64,000 bases of DNA from Octopus vulgaris. Lineage: Eukaryota. The notes under the pieces were generated by a model. That model was not told the DNA's origin. It saw only the letters and a list, made by a program, of their open reading frames with translations, and made no database searches. The DNA is taken from positions 161,634,001 through 161,698,000 of the forward strand of contig OX597815.1 of NCBI GenBank assembly GCA_951406725.2, written 5' to 3'. This document shows positions 52,468 through 64,000 of the stretch, in pieces (the first letter of the stretch is position 1; every line of letters begins with the position of its first letter). A program made the position numbers and the translations under genes.

Positions 52468-52886
52468 AGGCGCAGGAGTGGCTTGCTTACCAACCACATG
52501 GTTCTGAGTTGAGTCCCACTGCATGGTATCTTTAGCAAGTGTCTTCTACTATTGCTTCGGGCCGTGCAAAGCCTTGTGAGTGGATTTGGTAGACAGAAAC
52601 TGAAAGAAGACCATCGTATATATGTATATACATATATATATATATGTATGTGTATATGTGTGTATATGTTTGTGTATCTGTGTTTGTCCTCCCAACATAA
52701 CTTGACAACCGATGTTGGTGTGTTTACTTCCCTGTAACTTAGCGGTTCGGTATAAGGGACTGATAGAATGAGTACTAGGCTTACAAAAAATAAGTCCTGG
52801 AGTCGATTTGCTCGACTAAATGCGGTGCTCCAGCATGGCCGCAGTCAAATGCCGGAAACAAGTAAAAGAGTGAAGGGTAAAGAGTA
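52468..52886 (+). mobile_element. SINE family A, full length, within (ATG)n
   Basis: Family motifs. Confidence 0.8.
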
Positions 52887-53018
52887 AATGATGATAATGA
52901 TGATGAAGACAATGACAGCGATGATGACAACAGGGATGACAATGATGATAACAATAAATGATGATGATGATGATGATGATGACGATGGTGTTGATGATGA
53001 TTACGATTACAACATCAG

Positions 53019-53074
<56 letters not shown>

Positions 53075-53568
53075 TTGGCGATGGTGCTAAACAACGGGCA
53101 ATTCCCAGTAAATCTTGTAGCTAGTAACCTATTTCTTTTCTCTCCAAAACAAAGGAAACCAAGAAACGATTATCCTTTGAATCCAAAAAAGCAGTAAACT
53201 AAAACATTTTAGATCTATTTCTACTAAACAACTACAGCATTTTTTTTGTGGATATTTTATCTTTTTTTTATTTTAGTTTATTCATTTTTATTTTTATTTT
53301 TATCCTTCAACAAAGTACATTTTCGATTGACAAAAGTATGGATATGTGAACTTTTGTCAAGATAATCATTTGTCTGGTTCAGCAAATACAATATTTTATT
53401 AGATTTGTCAGATCTTCTGCAATAATTGATTATGTGCCAAATCTGATTAAATTGTCAAGAACTTTTTCCCCAAGAATATTTTGATAACAGTTCCAAATAA
53501 ATGGTATTTTCTTGTGAACATGTTGAGATTTAAGCATTTTGAGAAAGATAAGTAGACGCAAAAATAAT

Positions 53569-53623
<55 letters not shown>

Positions 53624-53754
53624 CAATAATAATAATGATGATGATGATGAGGATGATGATGACAAAAAGCCATGAACTGCAATTTAAGAATTTCTTTCTT
53701 ATTGTTTTCACTTGATATTTTAAATTGAATTTTTATATGAATGCTCATAAGTGG

Positions 53755-54252
53755 GTGTTAGTAGTAATAATAGTGGTGGTTGTAGTGGTGGTGGTGGTGG
53801 TTACGGTTGTGGTGATGGTCGTAGCAGTGGTGGTGATGGTTGTGGCAGTGATGGTTATGGTTGTGGTTGAGGTGCTAGTAGTGTTTGTCATTGTAGTGGT
53901 TGTGGTGGCAGTGATGATGGTTATAATGGTAGTTGTAGTGATTACACTGGTGATGGTAGTAGTAGTAGAGGTGGTTGTGGTAATGCTAATGGTTGTGGTG
54001 GTGGTGGTGGTTACAGTTGTGGTGATGGTTGTGGCAGTGGTGGCTATGGTTCTGTTGGTGGTTGTGACAGTGGTAGTTATGGTTGTGGTTGAGGTGGTAG
54101 TAGTGGTTGTCATTGTAGTGGTTGTGGTGGTGGTGATGGTGGTGGTGGTTATTGTTGTGGTGATGATTATGGTGGTGATGATTATGGTGGTGATGATTAT
54201 GGTGGTGTTAATGATTACAGTGGTGGTGTGGTGGTGGTGGTGGTGGTGGTGG
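53755..54252. repeat. Imperfect (GTG/GTT/ATG)n triplet array
   Basis: Direct sequence; produces the poly-V and poly-T ORFs. Confidence 0.9.
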
Positions 54253-54699
54253 ATTAGCTGAAACAGGATAGAACCATGCAAGCACATTTCATTTAAATCT
54301 AATTGTCAATATATCCGAAGAGGAAATGTTGATTTCTAACATTGGTACATAACTACTAATTCAAAAGCAGCAAGGGAGAGAAGTCAATTGAATCAACACC
54401 ACCCTCACATTGTTTTATTGACCAAAATGGGATAAATGCACTAACTACATCATTGGATAACATCTACTTTTATTTTTTATCTTGTTTCAGTCATTAGACT
54501 GTGGCCATGCTGGAGCATTGCCTTGAAGAATATTTTGCTGAATGAATTGACCCAAGGAGTTATTTTTTTAAAACCCTGTGGTGGTGGAGGTGGACAATAA
54601 AGGCACATGCATATATACATACATATATATATAATTAAATAATAAGGGTAGAAATTGATATTAATCAATTAAAACCAGTGGCTTAGCATATTTAAAAAT

Positions 54700-55622
54700 A
54701 TCCAAAGATTAAAGACAAGAGGAAAGACCATACCCATTTCTTTATTACCCACAAGGGGCTAAACATAGAAGGGATAAACAAGGACAGACATAGGTATTAA
54801 GTCGATTACATCGACCCCAGTGCGTAACTGGTGCTTAATTTATCAACCCCGAAAGGATGAAAGGTAAAGTCGACCTCGGCGGAATTTGGACTCACAACGT
54901 AACGGCAGATGAAATACCGCTAAGCATTTCGCCCGACGTGCTAACGTTTCTGCCAGCTCACCGACAAGAGGAAAGACCATACCACAAAGCTTTTCAACAA
55001 ACTAAAGCATCCCTTCCAACTGAACATGCTTTGGTTTTTCTCAGACAAAAAAAATTTCAGCCAGGATCAGATGGTGAACACACCGAACAACCATTGGTTT
55101 GCTATGTCTCCAAAACGTGTTCTGAAAGGGATAAAAATCAAACCTCCAGCCAACATCATCATGTTTGGAGTGATCACTAGTGATGACAACGTTATGCATC
55201 CATTCATCTTCCCACCCGGCCTCAGACTCAACACGGAGGCTTACATCAAGTGCCTGGAGGAAGTAGTGCTGCTCTAGGCCAAGAGAGTGGCCATTGAAAA
55301 ACCTTATGTCTAGCAACAGGACTCTGCACCATGCCACACAAGCAGGAGAACCCAGTCATGGCTGTCAGACAATTTCTACGACCACATCAAACCTAACATT
55401 TGGCCACCTAACTCCCCAGACTGCAACCCCTTTGACCATTATGTGTAGGGTGCAGTTGAGCAAGAGATCAACAAAATTCCTTGTAACACCAAAGATGAAC
55501 TAAAGGCAAGGATTATGGTAGCATTCACCAACTTAGACAAAGAGATCATCCAGAAGAGCTGCAGGGGATTCTGAAGTTGTCTGGAGGCTGTGGTTGAAGC
55601 CAATTGTGATTTTATTGAATAA
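54700..55622 (+). pseudogene. Tc1/mariner-superfamily DD37D (maT-like) transposase remnant, interrupted by a SINE
   Basis: KLFNKLKHP..MLWFFSDKKNF; FGVITSD..PFIFPPGLRLNTEAYIKCLEEVV; QQDSAPCHTSRRTQSWLSDNF; WPPNSPDCNP; LEAVVEAN.DFIE*. Confidence 0.8.
54735..54962 (-). mobile_element. Young SINE family B with a perfect 21-bp TSD
   Basis: gacaagaggaaagaccatacc at 54714-54734 and 54963-54983. Confidence 0.9.
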
Positions 55623-55839
55623 ATTTACTCTTTAGCATTTCAAGATATTTTAATGTAACTTTGGTGAATATATCTGTTAAAATGAAATGTTGGTGTTATT
55701 TAGCTAAGACTAAATTTTCTATTAGCAAGAAAGGAGATAAGATTCTCATTCCAGCTGGCAAATGGCCCTGTTCAATATGCAGAAAAAGAAAAGGAAAAAA
55801 TGAGATGTTAAGCAGAAGAAGATGGTGGGAAGAAGATGG

Positions 55840-56640
55840 CAGGCAATGGTGTGCTCAGCCATGCCCCACCGTCATGATTGCAATGGTATTGACATGGAGA
55901 ATGGCCAACGACATTCACGACAGCTGCCACTCCATTTCATGAGTCTCATTTCTCAGGTGGGCTGTTGTTATCCCGATTTCATGGAGGAAATCAGTAGTGT
56001 AGGGTCCAAGAACACCTGAGGTCTTGATGGCCACTAGCACAAACTGATAGCAGCCAGTCAGGCCTCTGCATTTATTTTTTTTATTTTTTGCATTACAGGT
56101 GACAACACCCAAGCTTGAAGCAGATGCAGCAAGATTGGAACCAAAGGATGTGTCACTGCATGTCACATCTAGGGATCTGCTTCCCTCAAACGAGAAGGTT
56201 GTTCCATTGGGGTATTTAACAACCTCACAGTCATTGTTGTTGTTGTTAAGCAACAAGGCGGGTAAGGATGATTAGGGGATGGTCTAGGGCTTAAGGGCGG
56301 GAGACCCCAGACCTTGGAAAAAAAAAGGTTGTCTTGTTGCAGTCGAGGGCTCTTCATTGACGCCCGACACCACTGGGAGGTGGCCCTTGAAGTCACTGGA
56401 AATGGAGATCTCCAGGTCCAAATTCTTGAACAGCACTCCACAGTCATGACCTATTGGCTCCATTTGAAATGGGAAGCCAGCTGCATCAAGGCCCCTTCTA
56501 ATTATGTCATTCAGAGTGGTGTGCCAAGGAAATCAGCCTGTGCATTGGTTGCTGGATAATTGATGCAGGTTGAATTCATTGACTACCACTCCGTAATGAC
56601 ATTTCTGCAGCTCACACCCATGGAGACTGAGATGTTGGAT
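55840..56640 (-). pseudogene. CRE-clade non-LTR retrotransposon 3' remnant (RLE)
   Basis: FPWHTTLNDIIRRGLDAAGFPFQMEPIGHDC; GRSLDVTCSDT..YQFVLVAIKTSGVLGPYTTDFLHEIG. Confidence 0.75.
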
Positions 56641-57566
56641 CACTCCAATAAGAGTGCACTCATCCTCTCTTTTTCTTCAGTTCTCCCCTTCCCTTCTACT
56701 ATAATTCTTTCTCTCCCTTTTCCCCTCCTTCCCACACATAGCTACAAAAATTATAAGGTATTGTATTTTATGCTTATAATATATACCATAAACTAGCAAT
56801 TAACTCAGTTTGATTGATCATAGCAGTTACTTATGCAAAATGACATTTTGCTTGTAAAAGTACCTTCTATTTTGTAGCAGACGTCACAGATGTTCAATGA
56901 GTTCATATTTGACAACATTGCCCATAAATATATAGTTACATAATCCATTTGATACAAACTTGCCTGAAGTTGCCACTTGTTCTGTTACACTAAAAAACCC
57001 TATTATAAAATGTTCATACTTCAATTAAAACGTTCTGACTTAATTTAATTTAAGAGCCTCTTGATAAGTAATTTTCCGGCTTGATAACCAAAAAATTAGT
57101 TATTTAAACAAACTTTCTCCAGGTTCGTTAATTATTTTCAGAAATAACTGAAACTTAAAGCCAGCTTCAGAAGTTAGCCAAGGCAAAACTTCAAAGGATA
57201 CCATTTTCAAATGTTTAAAAAACTTGCTAAAATGCAATTAAAGATAATTTAAAATATAAACACTACATAATAAGAATATCCTTGATTTGCAAATATCTTA
57301 GGAAGCTTTACATTTAGAATCAAATCTGTGTAGAATATTCTCTTCATTATTGGCTTGAAAGGGTGTGAACTCTCTGGTCATTTTGATGAATATTTACTGG
57401 TGCTAAACCATTGAATCTTTCTTCCTTCATGGTTCTTCAACATCATGTGTTCACTCTTCACTGCACAGATAATAGATCTTCGTTTTTTTTATTGAACTAA
57501 TTAGCAGAAAACGGAGTTACAAGTTCATATATAAACAGTTAGCGAAAGCAAAAGCACATTTTGGAT

Positions 57567-57813
57567 CTCTTTTACTATTTTACTCTTTTACTTGTTTCAT
57601 CATTTGACTGTGGCCATGCTGGAGCACCGCCTTTAGTCCAGCAAATTAACCCCAGGACTTATTCTTTGTAAGCCTAGTACTTATTCTATCATTTTTTTTT
57701 GCCAAACTGCTAAGTTACGGGGATGTAAACACACCAGCATAGGTTGTCAAGCGATGTTGGGGGGACAAACACAGACACACAAACATATATACACATGTAC
57801 ATATATATATATA

Positions 57814-57880
<67 letters not shown>

Positions 57881-58380
57881 GTATATATATATATGAATAA
57901 AAAATGGAGTTAACGCAGGTTTAAACAAATATTTTACTTTCTACATATGTTTCAAAAATTCCACTGATACTTATTCAAAAGAATAAAAGATATAAACAAT
58001 GCAATCTTCTCTTCGGGAAAGTGAAAAAATGAAACTCGTCAATACGACATTTTAGCAAAAAATGATGGATTCGTATAGCGATAGACAGAACGCTATTAAT
58101 ATTCAACGTAAACACAAAGTTTCAACCTTTATAAACAAGGAGTTACAACATCTTTACTTGTGAGATTTTTGCTGCCCTGGTAACTATTTATTTATTTTTC
58201 CGTGTTAATTGTTAACAAGGTAAAATACACTCATCTATTTGTACATATATATATATATATATATATACATATATACGATGAGCTTCTTTCAGTTTCTGTC
58301 TACCAAATTCATATACAAGGCTTTGGTTAGCCCGAGGCTATAGTAGAAGACACTTGCCCAAGGTGCCACGCTGTGGGACT
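57567..58380 (-). mobile_element. SINE family A split by a Penelope-type insertion in its internal (TA)n
   Basis: 3' half ~57567-57800 and 5' half ~58270-58380. Confidence 0.75.
57936..58022 (-). ncRNA. Type I hammerhead motif with CCGAAGA core, in a ~350-bp (TA)n-embedded insertion (~57895-58245)
   Basis: Minus strand: actttc-CCGAAGA-gaagatt...aattttt-GAAA-catatg-TA-gaaagt; 6-bp stem I, palindromic stem III, GUA. Confidence 0.65.
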
Positions 58381-58962
58381 GTTTAATATCTTCACTACAG
58401 GAGTTCAAGTTCTGCTGAGGCAAACATTGCCTATCATCCTTTAGGGGTTGATAAAATGAAGTATCAGTTGAGCATATTATGAATGGTTTTCTACAAAATA
58501 GCAAGAATAACAATAAAGCATTCCATTTTGACTTAATATATGAAGTTAGAAATTATTTATTTCAACCACATCTGCACTTTCTGAAACCAAGGAGCTTTCT
58601 GGGTCAGACATTCCTCTTGGACAATCACTTATGATACAAAGATATATTAGTGATATGAGATGACTTTTTAGCCAAATAGCCAATTATGTAGTGTTTCTGT
58701 TTCATATATTCATTCCTTGATGAAATTTTTATGTTAGTCTGACTGAAAATCAGTCTGGTTTTGTTTAGACTTTGCCAACTTGTAGTGTGAGCTTTACATA
58801 AAGTTTATGGTGTGGAATCAATATTATATGCAGTTGACAAGAATCTTAAAGATTCAGGGATGTCAGTTGACAAATTATGCAAACAGAGATATGATGTTTT
58901 CTCTTCCATGAGTGTGAAAGTAAACAGAAAAGCAGAATTTAGAAAAATAATCTAAACTGTAT

Positions 58963-60505
58963 ATCATCATCATCATCATCATCATCATCATTAAACATCC
59001 GTTTTCCGTACTAGCACGGGTTGGACGGTTCGACCGGGGTCTGGGAAGCCAGGGGCTGCACCAGGCTCCAATCTGATCTGGCAGAGTTTCTACAGCTGGA
59101 TGCCCTTCCTAACGCCAACCACTCCGCGAGTGTAATGGGTGCTTTTTACGTGCCACCTGCACAGGTGCCAGGGGGGTCCGCCATCGGCCACGATCGGTTG
59201 GAGCTTTTAACGTGCCACTGGCACGGAAGCCAGCCAAGGCGACGCGGGCAACAGCCACATTCGGATGGTGCTTTTTATGTGCCACCGGCACAGAAGCCAG
59301 TCGAGGCGGCGCTGGCATCGGCCACATTCAGATGATGCTTTTTATGTGCTACCGGCACAGAAGCCAGTCGAGGCAGCGCTGGCAATGGCCACGTTCAGAT
59401 GGTGCTTTTTATGTGCCACCGGCACAGGTATCACAACTACTATTTCCATTGATATTTATTTCGATGTTCATGTTCATGTACTTGACTCAACAGGTCTCCT
59501 CAAGCACAGCAGGACGTTCTGGAATCCAGGGTGCTTTGAATGGGCAGGGGCTATGCGGAACTGGTGCAGGAAGCAGCCCGGGTCTTTGCAGTCACAGCAT
59601 ATCTCCAGAGATCTCGGTCCTTCGCCATTGCCTCAGTGAGGCCCAATGCTCTGAGGTCATGCTTGACTACCTCATCCCATGTCTTCCTGGGTCTACCTCT
59701 CCCCCTGATACCTTCAACTGTCTGGGAATGGCACTTTTTCACACATCTCTCCTCATCCATCCGCAGTACATGACCATACCATCGCAAGCGTCACTCTTGC
59801 ACACCACATCTGATGCTTCTTATGTCCAGCATTTCTCTCAGGGTGCTTACCCTCTGTCGTGTGTGCACACTGACATTACACATCCAGCGGATCATGCTAG
59901 CTTCATTTCTTTCAAGTCTACGCATGTCCTCTGCAGTCACAGCCTATGTTTCACTACCATGAAGCATGGCAGTTCACACACATGCATCATACAATCTACC
60001 TTTCACTCTGAGTGAGAGACCCTTTGTCGCCAGTAGGGGTAGGAGCTTTCTGAACTTTGCCCAGGCTATTCGTATTCCAGTGGTGATACTCTCTGAGCAT
60101 CCACCTCCACTACTAACTTGGTCACCCAGGTAGCGAAAACTATCAACTACTTCTAGTTTCTCCCCCCTGGAGTGTAATGGAATCTGTTTTCTGAGTGTCT
60201 GTGGTGTCTATTGTCCCTGTGCATCTGCCGCACATGAAAGCTATCTTATCAGTTAATTTCCCTATGATGTTGCTGCACCTCTTATGCGTCCATAGCTTAC
60301 ATTGGGTGCATCTTATGGAGTTTCTACCTACACCTTTCCTACAGATCGAGCAGGGTCACCTGCCCGAGGGTGTGTGTGCTGAGTTCGCCTTTCTGCTTAC
60401 TATAACTTTGGTCTTCGCTACATTTACTCTAAGGCCCTTTGATTCTAACCCTTGCTTCCACACCCGAAATTTCTTTTCTAGTTCCGGTAGTGATTCTGCT
60501 ATATC
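58963..60505 (-). mobile_element. 5'-truncated RTE LINE (RT C-terminus with Cys-rich insert, 3' UTR with 62-bp repeats, (ATG)n tail)
   Basis: IAESLPELEKKFRVWKQGLESKGLRVNVAKTKV; PCSICRKGVGRNSIRCTQCKLWTHKRC; RWYGHVLRMDEERCVKKC..GRGRPRKTWDEVV. Confidence 0.9.
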
Positions 60506-60769
60506 TAGGTACAAAATATTTTGTGCACTCTCACTCCCATCAACTACAAAAGTGATCGTTAAAAGCTACAAAAATAGACCTTCCTTCAAGTATGCCATAG
60601 CTATTCTGATAAGTTTATCAAAGTTTCTTTTGGACAATGCTAAACATAAAGAATATTATGAAAAGACATGTTATTCGCACTGGTTGTCATTTAGGTTTTA
60701 CTTGGATTTAGTCAACCATTACTGGTAGTTTAACAGAATATTCAGTATTATTAAGAAATTGTGCATAAT

Positions 60770-61172
60770 AAAATAATAATAATGAAATTATTGTATACAG
60801 TGCTCAGGTGCCCCACAACTTGTCAAAAGTGTGTATAAAGTATATGCAGTAATGTACAAATGTCTGGGAAGTGAACAGTGTATGAGTCAGATACATGCTT
60901 GCATGTGTATGGAGGGGAGAAAATCAGGTATTGTGTCGGCGAATCTCAGGAAGCATGGAAGTTTTGAAGGGTGCAGTGCTCCAACAACTAACAACTGATG
61001 CTGGCAGTTTGTTCCATACTTCAGCAACTCTTAGCATGAAGAAATGCTTCTGAAAGTCATGGGAGCTGTGCTGTTTTCTGACTTTGTAAACATGTCCCCG
61101 GGCGTTAGACAGGTGGAGTTTGAAAAGGTGCTCAGAGTTATTGTTAGTAAGATGGTTAATAATCAAGTACAA
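60770..61172 (-). pseudogene. CR1-type LINE 3' fragment
   Basis: NARGHVYKVRKQHSSHDFQKHFFMLRVAEVWNKLPASVVSC...FKTSM; (TTA)n tail. Confidence 0.8.
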
Positions 61173-61879
61173 GAATCAATATCAGTTTAAGTAGACCAAA
61201 GACATGACTATTCTGTTTCATGATATTTATAACTGGGCAAAAATAGTTGCAAAAGAATTAACATGGTGTCCATAAATAGTCAATGAAACGGCAGCCAGTC
61301 AGATATCAAATATCCTAAGCAATTAATACTGAAGAATATTATTGCTGAAATATTTTCTACACTTTATCAGTTTCATTGTACTCGTGCTATAAGTAAAGGT
61401 TCTACACTAACTATTCTACAAGTTCAGCATATAGTTTCCTGCAAATTCAATCAAATGACATCTCAAATTTTAACATAAGCAAAAAGCAATACCACTATGT
61501 AGAGAAATATTGGCTTCAAATTTTGACAAAAAGCCAATAAATTCAGGAGAGGGGGCAAGTTAATTAAATCATATTCCAAAAGAAACCATGATCATGATAA
61601 TCTTATCCACACAGTCATTGTGTCCCTGGCAGGATGTACCTTATCACTAATTTCAGTGAATAGGAGCAATAGTTAGGAAGCACAAGCACTTACACACACA
61701 TGTATACACACAGCAGGCCTACCAAATTTAATTACAAAGCTTCGGTCAGTCTGAGGCTATAGCAGAAGATACTTTCCCAAGGTGCTGTGCAGTGGGACTG
61801 AACCTGAAACCATGTAGCTAGGAAGCAAGCTTCCTGACTACATAGCCATGCTCATGCCTTGCTTTTGAGTATTAAAAAA

Positions 61880-62760
61880 TATGGATTTTCTTCTATATCC
61901 TACAGTTACTGTAAAGCAGCCATTGTATCCTTGTCTATATAACTTGTCTGGATTTTATGCAATTGTATTTGCTATTAATTTTGCATTAGTTTGGACAACT
62001 TCCACAAACCCCAGAAAATATTTAACATTTTTTTCTTTGCAAACGTATCAGATGTACATAGATAACTGTCATTTGGTATTTTTTATGTTCAGGCCAACTG
62101 CTAATATAATGACTTAATTTCTTATGTACAGTAATAGATAACTATATTTTGCAATGTGGTGATTGATATGTGGAATATTTTTTTTTATATTTCTCCAAAT
62201 ACTTTCTTAAAATGGGATCAAACTTGGTTTTCCACCCAATGAAATACTGAAAATCACTTAAACCCCTGTGTTTTTCTGTCTCATAATCTGCACAACTGTA
62301 CATTCACTTTGGTAACTTGAATAATTTTGTTAAATATTGAGAGCACTGTTTCTGTGGTTTTTTGGGGGTGGGGGTATGTTTATTTTTTTTTGATAAATTA
62401 ATGATATGGAATCTCCAATTTTCATCAGTTTCATGAAGAATTTATACACTGTGAATTCCATTTATTTACTACTTGATGCCTTTTTCATGGATGTTAGTGA
62501 TACCAGGTTTCTCATCTCAGGCAATCATTGAAAAAATGAAACATGAACAAATATACAGGTGTAGCAACCAATAAATAATCATAGAATACAGCACCATGTA
62601 CACAACATGTTCCATCATTTTCTGAGCAATATTTTAACCAATGGAACTCATTTCTCCATTTACTGCAATTCTTCAACAATAGAAAGTTTTTTGGAAGACT
62701 TTTTGATTAACAAATATAAGATTCTGTCATTTTTTTTCATTGTGCTTATTTTAGCCTAAT
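61880..62760 (-). pseudogene. hAT (Tip100/ZMYM1/PRKRIR-like) transposase remnant
   Basis: KWRNEFHWLKYCSENDGTCCVHGAVF (TTF zinc-finger-like); KYFLGFVEVVQTNAKLIANTI..LYRQGYNG. Confidence 0.6.
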
Positions 62761-64000
62761 GAATGGTGAAATGGATCAATATATCTATTGATGGTATTTG
62801 GATTTAGAATTGGATTTTGGTTCGTCTCCATCTGAATCCTCATCAACAAGGTTTGCAGACGAATGTGCACTATTTTCATGTGGATACACATCATCAACAA
62901 GACTAATACCATTGTCAGAGAGTGTTGATTAAGTCAGACATTGTCAGGGAGGCCAGTCAATTCAGACAAAATCTGCTGAACTCTATTAGGTTTAGACAGA
63001 CAGGTTTCTTCAGTAAGACTTGAAGAAATGAGATAAGAAAATCTTTAAAATTAATAAAATTTTGGCAGACAAAGGGTTGGTGACTAGATACCATCATCTA
63101 TTTAGAGCAAAATATTGTGCTATTATGCTGTTTTTTTCAGTTGTCTCATCTACATTGTCTATACAACAGTTTCATATCAACCATCAGCTGCTCTAACTAG
63201 TTCATAGACAGAAAATGCGTTAGCCATACAAGGATTATTTTTCTTTCCATTCTAGAATATTCTCTCATGATTATCAACTACAGTCTGTGACTGCTAAATT
63301 CAACCAAGTGTTACTTAATATATTAAATCAATTTTATCCATAAAAAAAAAAAAATTTAAGCATTATCTGAAACAAAGAAAAGAATTATGCTGGGAAAAAA
63401 TGATCTTATTAATATCCATTTTCAGCATTAAATATAATTAGTTTTTATTTATGAGCTGAGACTGCTGTAAAAATCATTTTTAATTAAGTGAACTAAGTGG
63501 TTTGGATGAAATAGGAGTATGAATTATTTAAAATGCCAAGTGTATTTTTATCAAACAAAACAAATGTCTTATATTTTTATGTTATTAATTAATAGCAGAA
63601 TTATGTGAGATCACTAGAATCCCACGCTCATATGTACTAAATCAGTTTGCAATTTATTATAAAAGACAGATAAACAACTCCATTAACTGAGAACTTCTGA
63701 AGAACATGAAGTTCCTCTATGGTTGGATATTGACTGCTTGAAATTATGGATTATAACAATTTTAACACTTTGGAAGTTACTATAATCATCTGTAATCAAT
63801 AAGAATCATCTCTCCCATATTAAAAGATAATAATGCTGCAAAGGTTTCTGATAAATTTCTAAATTAAGTTGAAAGATATCTTATGAAACCAAATAAGAAT
63901 GAGACATTGGAATTATTTCTATTAAGTCTGGGAGGATAACTAGTTGCAATGATTAAAAAGAGTGGCTTGAAAGTAAGAAAAGGACAGGGAAGATGTCTTC

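Noticed and set aside
88-54287. Many ORFs rich in YI, CV, TH, poly-M/I/V/H/D/N
   Set aside because: They are translations of di- and trinucleotide microsatellites.

Overview
AT-rich, repeat-saturated eukaryotic DNA. The SINE/LINE repertoire points to an octopod cephalopod (Octopus-like), and the window is intergenic or inside a very large intron. I found no host protein-coding gene; most ORF-track entries are translations of microsatellites or SINEs. Recognisable contents: (1) a near full-length Penelope-like retroelement of Naiad type (RT + C-terminal GIY-YIG, minus strand, ~34.6-39.2 kb) with direct pLTR repeats; (2) about ten type-I hammerhead-ribozyme motifs, several inside fold-back palindromes that carry a hammerhead on each strand; (3) two mariner copies, a maT/DD37D remnant, two hAT remnants, non-autonomous Helitrons and several MITEs; (4) RTE, R4/Dong, CRE, CR1 and L1/Tx1-like LINE fragments; (5) dozens of copies of two tRNA-type SINE families and many microsatellites. 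All family assignments come from motif recognition by eye, not database searches, and the boundaries of decayed elements are approximate.
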